Shown here piece by piece: positions 11,168 to 23,767 of a stretch of 64,000 bases of DNA (within the stretch, counting starts at the first letter, position 1; every line of letters begins with the position of its first letter). Source of the stretch: Raja brachyura (Eukaryota). The notes under the pieces are model-generated. The model was not told where the DNA came from. It was given only the letters and a program-made list of their open reading frames with translations, and did not search any database. A program made the position numbers and the translations under genes. The stretch lies in contig OY740823.1 in NCBI GenBank assembly GCA_963514005.1, positions 2,232,001 to 2,296,000 of the forward strand, given 5' to 3'.

Positions 11168-12186
11168 CACATTTCTTACATACCCGAGCAACTGATTATC
11201 TGGATTCTAAAACATCACCCCTCTCTGCGGGGGAACTTTCTATCCCAGTCCGCCACGACAGATCACCTGGTCTGAGAGTGTGGTCTCTGATTCTCGAGAC
11301 TGCAGAGATTTGGACCATCACCATTAGTGTCATCAGGTCTTCACTGGAGACTATCGGTCCAGATTGCTTGACATCGCCGTGTTACACACCCGTGACCGAG
11401 AATTAAGGATGGAGGGAATGCTCTCGCATGTCCATCCAAAGAAAGATAGGTCAGGAGCCATGCACGATATTCAAATTGTGTTCCCACCAGTATCCTGTAT
11501 AAATGCAGCAAAACATGTCTACTTGTTGCTTGAATGGCCTTTGCTTTATTACTTGTTTGTGAAACTGGTTAACCCCCTGTGATCTGTATGTAAGATAAAG
11601 GGACGCTTCAACCAGCACATTTCAAACCCTCACCTTAAATTGAGCTCTGATGTTATATATTTTATTCTGGGCGAACAGATGACTTCGCGACATAGCATCA
11701 CTTTATTCCACCCGACCTCTCCTTCCCTTGTTTGGCCAAACTATAACTTCCACCTCTTCGTCTATGTAACTTTCTCGCTAGCCGGCGTCTAGTTCACGGT
11801 TCAGGAGATATTCCTTAATCCAAACATTTTGATGCAGAATGCGAACGGCTGCAGCTGTTTCCTCTGTCAGCTCCAGCGTGGCGCCTTACACGCGGCCTAC
11901 GAAAGTCAACATTTATATTTTGTGTGTTGCATCACCAAAAACGTTTGACAGGCTTTTTGATAATGTATATCTTGGTATACACCGAGCGTTATGCTGGCAT
12001 TTCTTGGATAAGAAATTGCTGTATTTCTCTAACAACAGGAGTCAAAATAAATAGCCTGCATCTCTCTATCTCTCTCCTTCTCCCCCCTTTATCTTGTTCC
12101 TCTCTCTCTCTCGTTCTCTGTCTTTCTCCTAATGTCTCGGTATGTCTCTGCTTAACCTTCACCCATCCCCCTTCCCTCTCACTCTG

Positions 12187-13827
12187 AGGATTGGGGAATG
12201 TTTGAAGAGCAACAGAAGGTAACTAGAAAGGCAATCCTGGGACAAAAGATGAGAAAAGAAAAGCTAGCCAAGAATGTAAAGGACGATAGTAAAAGTTTCT
12301 TTAGGAATGTGAAGAGGAAATAAATAGTTAAGACTAAAGTTGGACACTTGAAGACTGAAAAGGGTAAATTTATTATGGGAAACAAGGAAATGGCAGATGA
12401 GTTGAACAGGTACTTTGGATCTGTCTTCACAAAGGAGGATACAAACAATCTTCTTGCTGTACTAGTGGCCAGAGGATCTGGGGTGACGGAGGAACTGAAG
12501 GAAATCCACATTAGGCAGGAAATGGTGTTGGGCAGACTGATGGGACTGAAGGCTGCTAAATCACCAGGGTCTGATGGTCTGCATCCCAGGGTACTTAAGG
12601 AGGTAACTCTACAAACCGTGGACGCATTGGTGATCATTTTCCAATGTGCTCTAGATTCAGGTCAGTTCCTGTGGATTGGAGGGTAGCTAATGTTATCCTA
12701 CTTTTGAAGTAAGGCGGGAGAGTGAAAACAGGAATTATGGACCAGTTACCAGGTGGGGAAGATGCTGGAGTCAATCATAAAAGATGAAATAGCGCCACAT
12801 ATGGATAGCAGCAACAGGATCGGTCCGAGTCAGCATGGATTTACGAAGGGGACATGATGTTTGACATCTTCCAGATTTTTTTGAGGATGTAACTAGGAAA
12901 ATGGACAAGGCAGAGCCAGTGGATGAAGTGTACCTGGACTTTCAGAAAGCATTTGATCAGGTCCCACATAGGCGATTAGTGGGCAAAATTAGGGCACATG
13001 GTATTAGGGGGTAGAGTGCTGACATGGATAGAAAATAGGTTGGCAGACAGGAAACAAATAGGGATTAACGGGTCCCTTTCAGAATGACAAGCAATGTCTA
13101 GTGGGGTGTCGCAAGGCTCGGTGCTTGGACCGCAGCTATTTATAATATACATCAATGATTTCGTTGAAGGGATGCAAAGTAACATTAGCAAATTTGCAGA
13201 TGACACAAAGCTGGGTGGCAGTGTGAACTGTGAGGAGGATGCCATGAGAATGCAGGGTGACTTGGACAGGTTGGGTGAGTGGGCAGGTGCATGGCAGATG
13301 CAGTTCAATGTGGATAAAGTGAGGTTATGCACTTTGGTAGCAAAACCAGGAAGGCAGATGATTATATAAATGGTGCCAAGTTGGGAAAAGAGGAAGCACA
13401 AACGGGATCTGGGGGTCCTTGTACATCAGTCAATGAAAGTAAGCATGCAGGTACAGCAGGCAGTGAAGAAAGCAAATGGCATGTTGGCCTTTATAACAAG
13501 AGGAATTGAGTATAGGAGCAAAGAGGTCCTTCTGCAGTTCTATATGGCCCTACTGAGACCACACCTGGAGCATTGTGTGCAATTTCGGTCCCGTTATTTG
13601 AGGAAGGACATTCTTGCTATTGAGGGAGTGCAGCCTAGGTTTACAAGGTTAATTCCCGGGATGGCGGGACTGTCATATGCTGAGAGAATGTAGCTGCTGG
13701 GCTTGTATACTCTGGAGTTTAGAAAGCCGAGAGGGGATCTTATTGAAACATGTAAGATTATTAAGGGCTTGGACACGGTTGAGGGAGGACACATGTTCCC
13801 GATGTTGGGGGAGTCCAGAACCAGGGG
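12187..13827 (+). mobile_element. CR1 LINE ORF2 remnant running into the gap
   Basis: SPGSDGLHPRVLKE, YLDFQKAFD, SGVSQGSVLGP and [10 protein letters not shown] across several frames. Confidence 0.92.
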
Positions 13828-14027
13828 NNNNNNNNNNNNNNNNNNNNNNNNNNNNNNNNNNNNNNNNNNNNNNNNNNNNNNNNNNNNNNNNNNNNNNNNN
13901 NNNNNNNNNNNNNNNNNNNNNNNNNNNNNNNNNNNNNNNNNNNNNNNNNNNNNNNNNNNNNNNNNNNNNNNNNNNNNNNNNNNNNNNNNNNNNNNNNNNN
14001 NNNNNNNNNNNNNNNNNNNNNNNNNNN
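13828..14027. other. Assembly gap (200 N)
   Basis: N run. Confidence 1.
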
Positions 14028-15490
14028 CCTCTTGAAGGAGGCAGGGATACAATTCCACTACCTAGCCCTTCGCGGGTTGAGGTCTCACCAGGAGCCACTA
14101 GGAAGTGGTCTGGTGAATCAGGCAGGCCCGAGTCCACTGGCAGACCAAGAAGGGCCAGTGTCGACTCACCACCCAGAGGGACCAGGAGGAGTCACAAGGG
14201 TGGAGCCTCGCCTAGGTCACCGCTTCCCCCGCTGGGGGCAGGTCGGGACCGTACGCCGTCTGGGTCCAGATTTAGGACAGTCGGCAAGCCCGTGCGGACG
14301 TCGGGTCACCACGCTGCGGCGTCAGGTGCCGACCTCTCCCCACCCATGCCCTTTGAGGCAGCCGGGTCCAGCTCAGCGAAGAGGAGGCGCTCGAGCAGGT
14401 CCGCGCGGGAATCGCTCAGCTTCGCCGAGGCGGCTGGTAGCGACACATCATCACAGTACCGATATTACCTCGACGAGGTACGGACTGATGATCGAAGCCT
14501 CAGGAGTTCCTTCGGGCACGAGGCCTCTTACCTCCCACACCCGCCCGATGAAGGGCGCTTGGATCGTATGGAGAGGATATTGGAGCAAGTTCTACTCAAT
14601 CAGAAACAGGACACACACAGCTCCAGGGGACTCATGGATATATCCCCGTCCCCATCTATGGACAACATAAGACCAGATGAGGAGGATATCCTGGTACATG
14701 CCCCAGCAGCACCTGAGGTCCCTCAGGAAGATCTGCTGGATGTGGCAGCCAAATTCGGGTTACCCGTATCATCAGGACAACCCCTCAACATCAAACTGGC
14801 CGCAACCATAGATTATCTTACCAACCATCAATTGCAGGAGGAGGTCCTTGCGAAGGCCATGGAGAGACACAAGGCTCCAGGAACTGCAATTCACTCCACG
14901 TGCCGATTGTGAACATGCCAATCTGGGGTAATATCAGCCCGGGCATCAGAGCGCAGGAAGTGAAACTGCAGAGGATTTTAAAACTGCTTACGTCTGGGAT
15001 CACCGCTTTTGCAAAGTCGGTAGATGGGGTTGTTCTAAGCACCGAACAGGAGGATGCTCTAGCTCTGCTCTGCAATACGCAGTACGAGATCAACGCTTTC
15101 CGGAAGAGCATTATCAAACCTTCCTTGAATCCCAAATTTGCGGGACTATGCAGAGCACCTCCTACCCCCCCACCTAGACAGCTGTTCGGGGAAGACCTCC
15201 CAAAGCAGGTCAAAGAGCTCGATGACCATGCGAAAACCATAGGTCTGATGAGACCACATTTTGTGGCCAGACCTTCGGCCAAGAAGACACCTTACTTCAG
15301 GCCACGAGGTCAGACCGATAGGCCAACAAGGACCTACGTTCCGGCACCTCCTCAATATCAACAGCCTCATCAGCCCAGGCCTTTTTTAGGACTAGGCCCT
15401 CAGCGGCCAGCATGGAAGATGCGGATTCCGCACCAACCACGAAACCCAGCGCCTCCACGTCCCACCAAAAATCCCAGGGACCGCCGATAA
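14028..15490 (+). CDS. DIRS gag-like ORF1 (partial, one frameshift near 14880)
   Basis: Frames 13677..14912 and 14900..15490 join as ...HKAPG/NCNSLHVPIVNMPIWG... if one base is restored; LFGEDLPKQVKEL block. Confidence 0.7.
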
Positions 15491-17421
15491 CCATGAAGGT
15501 AAGGGGGTCTGGGTTCCATGCACTTGCATGTCTAACCTCACGAATTGGGGGCAGATTACGGGGATTTAAGGAGGCTTGGGAAACCATCACTTCAGATGAG
15601 TTTATCTTGCAAAGTATTCAGGGTTATGAAATTGAGTTTATTCATGGCCAATTGCCTCCACCCCAGCATATGCCGAATCGCAAATTTGCACTTTCCAAAA
15701 AAGAATTGGCAGAAGGCTATGCTGAAATCTTGAGTTTACAAGACAAAGGTGTGATAGAACGAACCACACATGAACCAGTTGAATTTGTGTCTAATATATT
15801 TACTAAAACTAAAAAAGACGGTGGATGCCGGGTCATTATAGATTTAACTCACTTGAATACCTTTGTAAAATACACCCATTTCAAAATGGACACATTTGAA
15901 ACAGCCAAATCTTTGATTTCGGAGGGCTGCTTCATGGCATGCATTGATTTAAAAGATGCATACTATTCAGTATCCATTCGGAAACATCATAGGAAGTTCT
16001 TGAAGTTTACCTGGATGGATCAGCTTTGGCAATACAAAGCATTGCCCAATGGGCTTACTACAGCCCCCAGACTGTTCACCAAACTACTCAAGCCAGTGTT
16101 ATCTACACTGCGGAGACAAAATCATACGGTCATGGCTTATTTGGATGACATTCTCATAATTGGGCACACTCTGGAATCCGCAGAGTTGGCGGTTTCAGCC
16201 ACAGTGGAAATTTTTCAACAAATGGGGTTTATAATCCATCCAGACAAATCAAAGTTCCTCCCCGCACAGATCATGGACTACTTGGGGTTCACAATAGACT
16301 CCAATCGCATGATCACCACCATCCCAACTAACAAAGTTGGTGATGTGTTTCAAGCATGCAAGAACCTGGTCTGCGCCAGTATACCGTCTATCAGATTAAC
16401 TGCCAGGGTAATTGGCAAAATTGTAGCAGTATTTCCAGCTGCTCAATATGGACCTTTACACTATCAGAATTTACAAAGGTCAAAAATAACAGCATTAAAA
16501 TTAAATGCTGGACATTATGATAGACCCATGCAGTTGCCGGTTAAGGCAAAACTTGAGTTACTATGGTGGATTGGCAATATCCATAACTCATTTAAACCCA
16601 TCATTGTGCCTCGTCCAAAGGTATACTTGCAAACAGATGCAAGCTCCCATGGCTGGGGAGCTACAGACAACAATAACAGTTGTGGAGGTAGATGGGATTC
16701 ACTTGAAGCTACTTTGTTGTTAGCACAAGGGATAAACTATTTGGAGATGCTAGGAGCATTCCACGGACTTAGAGCCTATTGTTCAAACATGACTAACACT
16801 CATGTCCGTCTCCAAATAGACAATACCACTGCGGTGGCTTATCTGAATCATATGGGCGGTACCAGGTCAATTTCATGCAATGAATTGGCAAACACAATTT
16901 GGCTCTGGTGTATTCAACGGAATATTTGGATCTCAGCTACCTACTTGCCAGGTGAGCTCAATACAGTGGCGGACACCAGGTCACGGAAGTTCAATGACAA
17001 CATCGAGTGGATGTTGAACCCCCAAATATTCACCAAAATTACAGCCAAATTTGGTAAACCGGATATTGACCTTTTTGCGTCACGGTTGAACCATCAGGTA
17101 CCAACATACGTATCATGGGAGCCAGATCCTGGGGCAATGGCGATGGACGCATTCTCGCTAGACTGGGGGAAATGGTTCTTCTATGCCTTTCCTCCATTCT
17201 GCCTCATCAGTCGGGTATTGCGGAAAATCCAGCTCGATGCTGCCAAGGGCATCCTCATTATACCCGACTGGCCTACGCAATCATGGTATCCGGTGGTCCT
17301 TGGAATGATAAGTCAACCATGGGTCCTCTTGGAGGGTTGCCCACAATTGGTGACGAACCCTGCCACAGGGGAACCACACCCCTGCCATAGTCATTTGAAT
17401 CTATTGGCTTGCAGGATCTGA
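15412..17421 (+). CDS. DIRS reverse transcriptase / RNase H / DNA methyltransferase-like polyprotein
   Basis: Uninterrupted 669 aa: IDLKDAYY, LPNGLTTAPRLFTK, YLDD, TDASSHGWG, INYLE, IDNTTAVAY, DIDLFAS...FYAFPPF. Confidence 0.95.
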   Translation: MEDADSAPTTKPSASTSHQKSQGPPITMKVRGSGFHALACLTSRIGGRLRGFKEAWETITSDEFILQSIQGYEIEFIHGQLPPPQHMPNRKFALSKKELAEGYAEILSLQDKGVIERTTHEPVEFVSNIFTKTKKDGGCRVIIDLTHLNTFVKYTHFKMDTFETAKSLISEGCFMACIDLKDAYYSVSIRKHHRKFLKFTWMDQLWQYKALPNGLTTAPRLFTKLLKPVLSTLRRQNHTVMAYLDDILIIGHTLESAELAVSATVEIFQQMGFIIHPDKSKFLPAQIMDYLGFTIDSNRMITTIPTNKVGDVFQACKNLVCASIPSIRLTARVIGKIVAVFPAAQYGPLHYQNLQRSKITALKLNAGHYDRPMQLPVKAKLELLWWIGNIHNSFKPIIVPRPKVYLQTDASSHGWGATDNNNSCGGRWDSLEATLLLAQGINYLEMLGAFHGLRAYCSNMTNTHVRLQIDNTTAVAYLNHMGGTRSISCNELANTIWLWCIQRNIWISATYLPGELNTVADTRSRKFNDNIEWMLNPQIFTKITAKFGKPDIDLFASRLNHQVPTYVSWEPDPGAMAMDAFSLDWGKWFFYAFPPFCLISRVLRKIQLDAAKGILIIPDWPTQSWYPVVLGMISQPWVLLEGCPQLVTNPATGEPHPCHSHLNLLACRI

Positions 17422-18399
17422 ACAGGCCACTACTTCAGTATGGTCTATCTTCAAGGACAATGGATACCATGGGAGCATCATGCAGGGAGTCCTCAAGACG
17501 GCAGTACTTATCGTACATCAGGAAATGGGAATCCTATTGTGGCCGCATGGACGTTGCATATGACTCCGTCTCCATCACAGATGTGCTGGAATTTCTTGCG
17601 GGGCTACACCATGATCAACATCTCAGCTATAGTGCCATCAATAGCGCCAGGAGTGCGCTCTCGTCCTACCTCAATATTGAGGTAGGATCCAATAAATTGG
17701 TCTCCAAACTTATGCGGGGGATATTTAATTCCAACCCGCCGAGGCCCCGTTACAACGTCACATGGGATATTGGCAAAGTGCTGACCCTGCTGGGAACATG
17801 GTCACCCGTTGACGGGGCTCGAATTGGACAAACTCACCCTGAAGGTGGTGATGTTGATGGCACTTACTTCAGCACAAAGGGTGCAAACGCTTCACAAGGC
17901 CAAGATCGACAGAATGATCTCTACCCCTGAACGGGTCACTTTCTTCATTGATGAATTGCTCAAGCAGCATAGACCTGGATTCACAGGGCTGCAGCTGGAG
18001 TTTCCAGCATACCCCGCTGATGCTAGGCTATGCATAGCCACCCATATCCGCCACTATATCAAAGTGACGAGGAAAATAAGGGGAATGGAGCAATACCTGT
18101 TCATCAGTCACAAAAAACCTCACCATAGAGTGACGGTGCAGACGATATCCCGATGGCTCAGGATCGTCTTGAACAAAGCAGGTATTGACACTGATGTTTT
18201 TAAATCCCATTCCACCAGGGCAGCATCAACATCGGCGGCAAAGGCCATGGAGGTGCCCATGGACCAGATACTTGCCACAGCGGGATGGGCCAGTGAAGCC
18301 ACTTTTCAACGGTTTTACAATAAACCCGTCACCATACCTGGAATGTTCGCAGGAGCCGTGCTGGATGCAGGCCGAGAACATGCAGTTCCCCCTCAGTGA
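17409..18399 (+). CDS. DIRS tyrosine recombinase (one frameshift in a G run near 17814)
   Basis: SYSAINSARSALS, AQRVQTL (catalytic R), HSTR (HxxR), GWASEATFQRFY (W...Y); two ORFs join on removing one G. Confidence 0.88.
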
Positions 18400-18570
18400 G
18401 GGGTCCTTTCTTGTTGTTATTAATAAATATTATTATTTTTTCAGAGACGGAAATTGATTACTGCTGTCCACCTTTTCAGTAGCGTGTGTGATAGCATGGA
18501 CGTTGTCCAGGGCGTGAAATCACAGAAGCTTTGAAGTCTTCACGAAGTCACTCACGTGACTCCGAAATGA

Positions 18571-18876
18571 AATAGTAAGATTAAACGAGAACTTACCAGT
18601 TTGAAGTTTGATCTTTATTTTATGAGGAGTTGCGATGAGGGATTTCGTGCCCTCCGCTCCCAACCCTCGATCATAAAGTCAACTGGTAACTAGAGTCTCT
18701 TTAATCTTACTATAACAAGTCATTTCTTGGCTTGGTTTTTCTGTGATTCCACACCGCGGCTTTGAAGTATGTCGCGCATGCGTGCTGGCGGGTTCTTCAC
18801 GAAATCCCTCATCGCAACTCCTCATAAAATAAAGATCAAACTTCAAACTGGTAAGTTCTCGTTTAATCTTACTATT
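18571..18876. repeat. Perfect 79-bp inverted repeat (DIRS ICR versus right terminus)
   Basis: 18571-18649 is the exact reverse complement of 18798-18876. Confidence 0.92.
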
Positions 18877-19044
18877 AAACTCCATTAACCATTCCTCAGC
18901 CCACTTGCCCAACTGATGGGTGATGGGTGGGAGGGTGATGGGTGGATGGAACAAGCTGCCAGAGGAGGGAGTTGAGGCTGGATATCCCATCGTTTAAGAA
19001 ACAGGTACATGGATCTGACAGTTTTGGAGGGATATGGACAAAGT

Positions 19045-19421
19045 TTGAAACATATAAGATTGTTATGGGTTTGGTCACGCTAGAGGCAGGAAACACGTTC
19101 CCGAAGATGTGGGAGTCCAGAACCAGGGGCCACAATATAAGAATAAGGAGTAAGCCATTTAGAACGGAGACGATGAAACACTTTTTCTCACAGAGAGGGG
19201 CGAGTGTGGAATTATCTGCCTCAGAGGGCGGTGGAGGCAGGTTCTCTGGATGCTTTCAAGAGAGAGCTAGATAGGGCTCTTAAAAAGTCAGGGGATATGG
19301 GGAGCAGGCAGGAACGGCGTACTGATTGGGAATGATCAGCCATGATCACATTGAATGGCGGTGCTGGCGCGAAGGGCCAACTGGCCTACTCCTGCACTTA
19401 TTGTCTATTGTCTATTGTCTA
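19045..19421 (+). mobile_element. CR1 3' fragment
   Basis: ETYKI...ESRTRGH; 3'UTR and (TCTATTG)n tail. Confidence 0.85.
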
Positions 19422-20059
19422 TAAAAATATATCATTGAAATGATCGTGTGACGATGACTCTTGTACAGGTTGCTCTGAGAGGCAGTTATCACTTCACTTG
19501 GATAGCGGCTCCACTTGGACTGCTGTGTTATGGGTTTCACATTGACTCAGTAACTCACCAACACCCTTCACACTTTCTCCATCTCTACACTAATGGATGG
19601 ATATTGCGATCTGGATGAGTGAAAGTTCCTCTAGTTAAGTATCGGGAGCACCGACACCATTGTCCACAGCCCATCCCCAGAACCCCTTACCCAGACCTAG
19701 GAAGCTCCCTTCTGCAGTGCTACAACCACCAACTTCTCCGCTTCGCATCATTCCCTACTACTGGTCCATAAATCTAACTGAGGACGCCATGAGCGTTCCT
19801 GCCTTCGCCTGAAATGATCGTGAGCTCTGGAACTCTGAACCTCTTGGCCTCACTGTGCTCCAGTAGCATACATGTTAAGACCACACTTCGGACGGAGCGT
19901 TTGCTGTTCTGTTCGGGTGCCTACCCTGTGTTCTGGTGCCAATGTTTTACGCATAACTACGCATCAGCTTGCGTGGTCTTGATCGATTAAATAGTCTCTT
20001 GTAATCTCTTGCAATTTTGGGGTATGTTAGAGGCATGTCCTATAGACTCTATATTCCAT

Positions 20060-20910
20060 GGTGTGCCACGGTGCCGGCGCCGGGCCCACTGCTATTTGTC
20101 ATTTACATCAAATATGAATGAGAATGTGTGAGGCGTGATTACTTAGTTTGCAGATTGCACAAAGATAGCTAGTAATGCAAACATTGAGCAAAGGTTATCA
20201 GGGGTTACAACAGGGCCTTGATCATCTGGGCAAGTTACACTGAGGAACGTCCAGTGGACTGTAATGCACTGCAAGGTGTTGCATTTGCGAAGACAAGCCA
20301 GGGCAGCAGCTTCACAGTAAAGGCTTGGGGTTTGTTGTGGACCAGAGGAATTCAGCGTACAGGTAACTAGTCACGGGTAGAAAGGGAGTATTGTAGTGCA
20401 GAGGTAGCCTGGAGTGCAGATATATAGCTCCTTGAAAGTGTCGTAATTAATTGACATGGACTGGTGCAGGATCTAGAATACAGGTAGACCGTTCCCTGAA
20501 AGTGGCGTCATGGGTAGACAGCGTGATGAAGAAGGCTTTTGGAACATTGTCCTTCATCGGTCTGGTATTAAGTATAGACTTTAGTATCAGATATTTTCAG
20601 GAAATGTTGACGAGGCCGCATTTGGAGTGTCGCATTCAGATGTGGTCACCCTGATGATGGAAATATGTAATTCAGCTAGAAAATGTACAACGCAGATTCA
20701 TCAGCGTGTTGCATGAACTCGAGTATGTGAGCAACAGGGTTGAACAGACTGCGACTTTATCCCCTGGAGTACGAGGAGTACGAGAGGGGTGATCATTTTG
20801 AGAGATATTAAATCATGAGGGGGATAGAAAAATGTGAATGCACAGGGCCTTTGCTCCAGGGCAGGGGAATTAAGAATTAGAGGGCATGAGTTTAACGTGA
20901 GAAGGGTGAA
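20060..20910 (+). mobile_element. Old, highly degenerate CR1 RT fragment
   Basis: Traces of GVP.G..LGP, FAD, KKAFG and RPHLE in broken frames. Confidence 0.6.
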
Positions 20911-21504
20911 ATGTAGGTGGAATATAGTTGGCTGGGACGGGGGGTGCGGGCTGCTGTTCAGGTTGGGAGATGGGGAGCAATATCGATGGAACAATTCAAT
21001 GACGAATTGAGACATTTTTCTTTCTCCCTCAGTGTCATCGGGGAAATCAGACGCGGGTCATTCCAGTGAGCGCCACGTTGGCGAATGTTCACGAGGCCGC
21101 CAGCCGTGTGTGTGACAGGCACTGATGCAGCTGCGCTCTTGTCATCTCCCCGAGGGACCCTGTCGGTGTTGGCGCGGGCTTTATTTAGCTGTCCTTACAC
21201 AAATCCATGCTGTTTCTGGTTGTTTGTGTAGCGAGGCAGGTGTTGCGGTCGCTCGGACCCTGCGAGGGAGGAGGGAGAGACGGGGCAGCATTTACAACAA
21301 CATGTTAATATTCAGAAACTGGAAGACATTGAACCTAAATTTGAATCCTTGAGAAATAATTCTCATAAATTACAATTTCAAGCCATGAACTTCAATATTT
21401 TATTTGATAATAAGTTGATTTGATAATATTTTATGATAAAAGGGATCGCTGCGGGGGAGAGGGAGAAAGCGGCGAGTTTATCAGCTGCAACTGGTCCAAA
21501 ACGC

Positions 21505-22030
21505 CGCAGCGAGACTCCTGACGGGCACCCGAAAAAGGGACCACATCACCCCGATCCTGGCCTCTCTACACTGGCTCCCTGTGCGGTTCCGAATTACCTT
21601 CGAGACCCTCCTCTTTGTCTACAAAGCCCTCAATGGGCTTGCCCCCACCTACATTAAAAGTCTTCTCACCCACTACACCACCTCCAGATTCTTCGGATCA
21701 GCCGACTTGGGGTTGCTGAATGTCCCGCAGTCGAGGCAGAAGCTCAGGGGCGACCGATCGCGCCTTTGTGGTCGCAGCTCATAGACTGTGGAACAGCATC
21801 CCCCTCCCCATTAGAACTGCCCCCTCCATCGACTCCTTTAAGTCTAGTATAAAAATGTATCTGTTCTCCCAAGCCGTTCCTGATGTCCTCTGAGTGAGGG
21901 CTATTTGTATATATGTACGTAGCGTGCTTGTGTATACTACTCTTATAACAAATATAAAGCACTTTGGTCAACGAGAGTTGTTTTTTAAATCTGCTACATA
22001 AATAAATGTGACTAGACTTGACTTGACTTA
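21505..22030 (+). mobile_element. L2-clade LINE 3' fragment
   Basis: HITPILASLHWLPVRFRI..LLFVYKALNGLAPTYI; (GACTT)n tail. Confidence 0.85.
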
Positions 22031-22562
22031 ACCATATAACAATTACAGCACGGAAACAGGCCCTCTCGGCCCTTCCAGTCCGTGCCGACCATTTAATTTC
22101 CCCTAGTCCCATCTACCTGCACTCAGACCATACGCCTCCATTCCCTTCCCGTCCATATACATATCCATTTTACTTTTAAATGTTGAAATCGATCCTGCCT
22201 CCACCACTTGTGCAGGAAGATCATTCCACACAGCCACCACTCTCTGAGTAAAGAAGTTCCCCCTCATGTTACCCCTAAACTTATGTCCCTTAATTCCCAT
22301 GTCATGCCCTCTTGTTTGAATCTTCCCTACCCTCAATGGGAAAAGCTTATCCACGTCAACTCTATCTATCCCTTTCATCATTTTAAAGACCTCAATCAAG
22401 TCCCCCCTTAACCTTCTGCGCTCCAAAGAATAAAGGCCTAACTTGTTCAACCTTTCTCTGTAACTTAGTTGCTGGAACCCAGGCAACATTCTAGTAAATC
22501 TCCTCTGTACTCTCTCTATTTTGTCGACATTCTTCCTATAATTAGGTGACCAAAATTGTACA
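22030..22562 (-). mobile_element. CR1 3' fragment (GTTATATG-tail subfamily)
   Basis: ORF 22103..22489 is closely similar to the 2111..2782 product. Confidence 0.9.
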
Positions 22563-22934
22563 CTTGTATTAAATATATAATATTCGGGGGAGCGGGGACT
22601 GGAATCATCACCGGGGAAATATCAGGATATCATAACGACCCGGGACCTCACCCACACACTCCGCTCTTAAAGATGGACATTGCTGTGATCCGAGGGTCAA
22701 TGCTCCATTCTCATACACAGCAGGGAACAACAACTTCCGGCCTGTTGCTCCGTTTACTACAATCACGGGTGGCTTTTCCCACAGCGCTGCCTTGCACAAT
22801 GCCCAGACACCCAGATGCCTTAGTGCCGAAGTATTGATCACCCCCCCCCCCCCCCCCCAGCCTGGAACAGAAACAGTCAAAGTCCACCCGCCCAGCTGAT
22901 CCAGAGTAAATTGTCATTCATAATCATTAACGAC

Positions 22935-23590
22935 AGCGGTACAATTAGGCCATTCGGCCCATAAAGTCTACTCCGCCATTTAATGGTGGCTGATCTAACC
23001 CCATTCTCCTGCCTTCTCACCAATACCTCGCACACCCGTACTAATTAAGAATCTATCTATCTCTTCCTTAAATATATCCACTGACATTGCCTCCACAGCC
23101 TCCTGCGGCAAATAATTCCACAGATTAACCTCTCTAAAGAAATTCTTCCTCATCTCCTTCCTACAAGTACGTCCTTTAATTTTGATGCTTTGAGTTCTAG
23201 TCGTTGATTCTCGCAATAGAGGAAATATCCTCTTCACATCACCCTATCCAAGTCATTCACTATTCTGTACGTCCCAATGTTGTCCCCCAACCCCCTCACA
23301 TTTCTAAACTCCAGCCAATATAGGCCCAGTACCGTCAAACGCTCACAATATGTTAACCTACGCATTCCTGGGATCAATATTGTAAACCTCCTCTGGACCA
23401 TCTCCAGAGCTAGCTCATCTTTCCTCAGATATGTTGCCCAAAATTGCTCACAATATTCTAAATACGCCCTGAACAACGCCTTATAGAGCCTGTTTTTGTA
23501 GGTAAGCTCTTGAGCAATAAATGCTTTCTTTACGTCTGATTCGTCTTGCAGATTAAGTTTTTGGGAAACCTGCATCAGCACTCTCAAATT
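22935..23590 (-). mobile_element. CR1 3' fragment
   Basis: ORFs 23234..23587 and 22995..23237 are the CR1 ORF2 C-terminus. Confidence 0.85.
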
Positions 23591-23767
23591 GTTAGCATAT
23601 CAAAAAATATTACAGGTTCTTAATCAGCTGTGCTGGTGGGCCGAGGAATGCCTAATGGTGATTAATGCACATAAGTGAGAGATGTATTTCGCAAATTCAA
23701 ACTCGGGCAGCACATTCACAACGAATGGCAGGGCCCCACGTAGCGTTGGGATCTAGGAGTACAGGTA

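Larger units (their letters stand above)
14028..18876 (+). mobile_element. DIRS1-type tyrosine-recombinase retrotransposon, 5' end lost in the gap
   Basis: Gag-like, RT-RNaseH-methyltransferase and YR ORFs in DIRS order; right end with an internal complementary region. Confidence 0.93.

Noticed and set aside
11220-11330. LCGGTFYPSPPRQITW resembles the start of a C1-set Ig domain
   Set aside because: Stop soon after, no second Cys strand motif and no splice sites; cannot be distinguished from chance
13594-14912. ORFs spanning the first N gap (e.g. the 411-aa ORF)
   Set aside because: Artefacts joining CR1 to DIRS gag across Ns; the same applies to ORFs across 45584-45729
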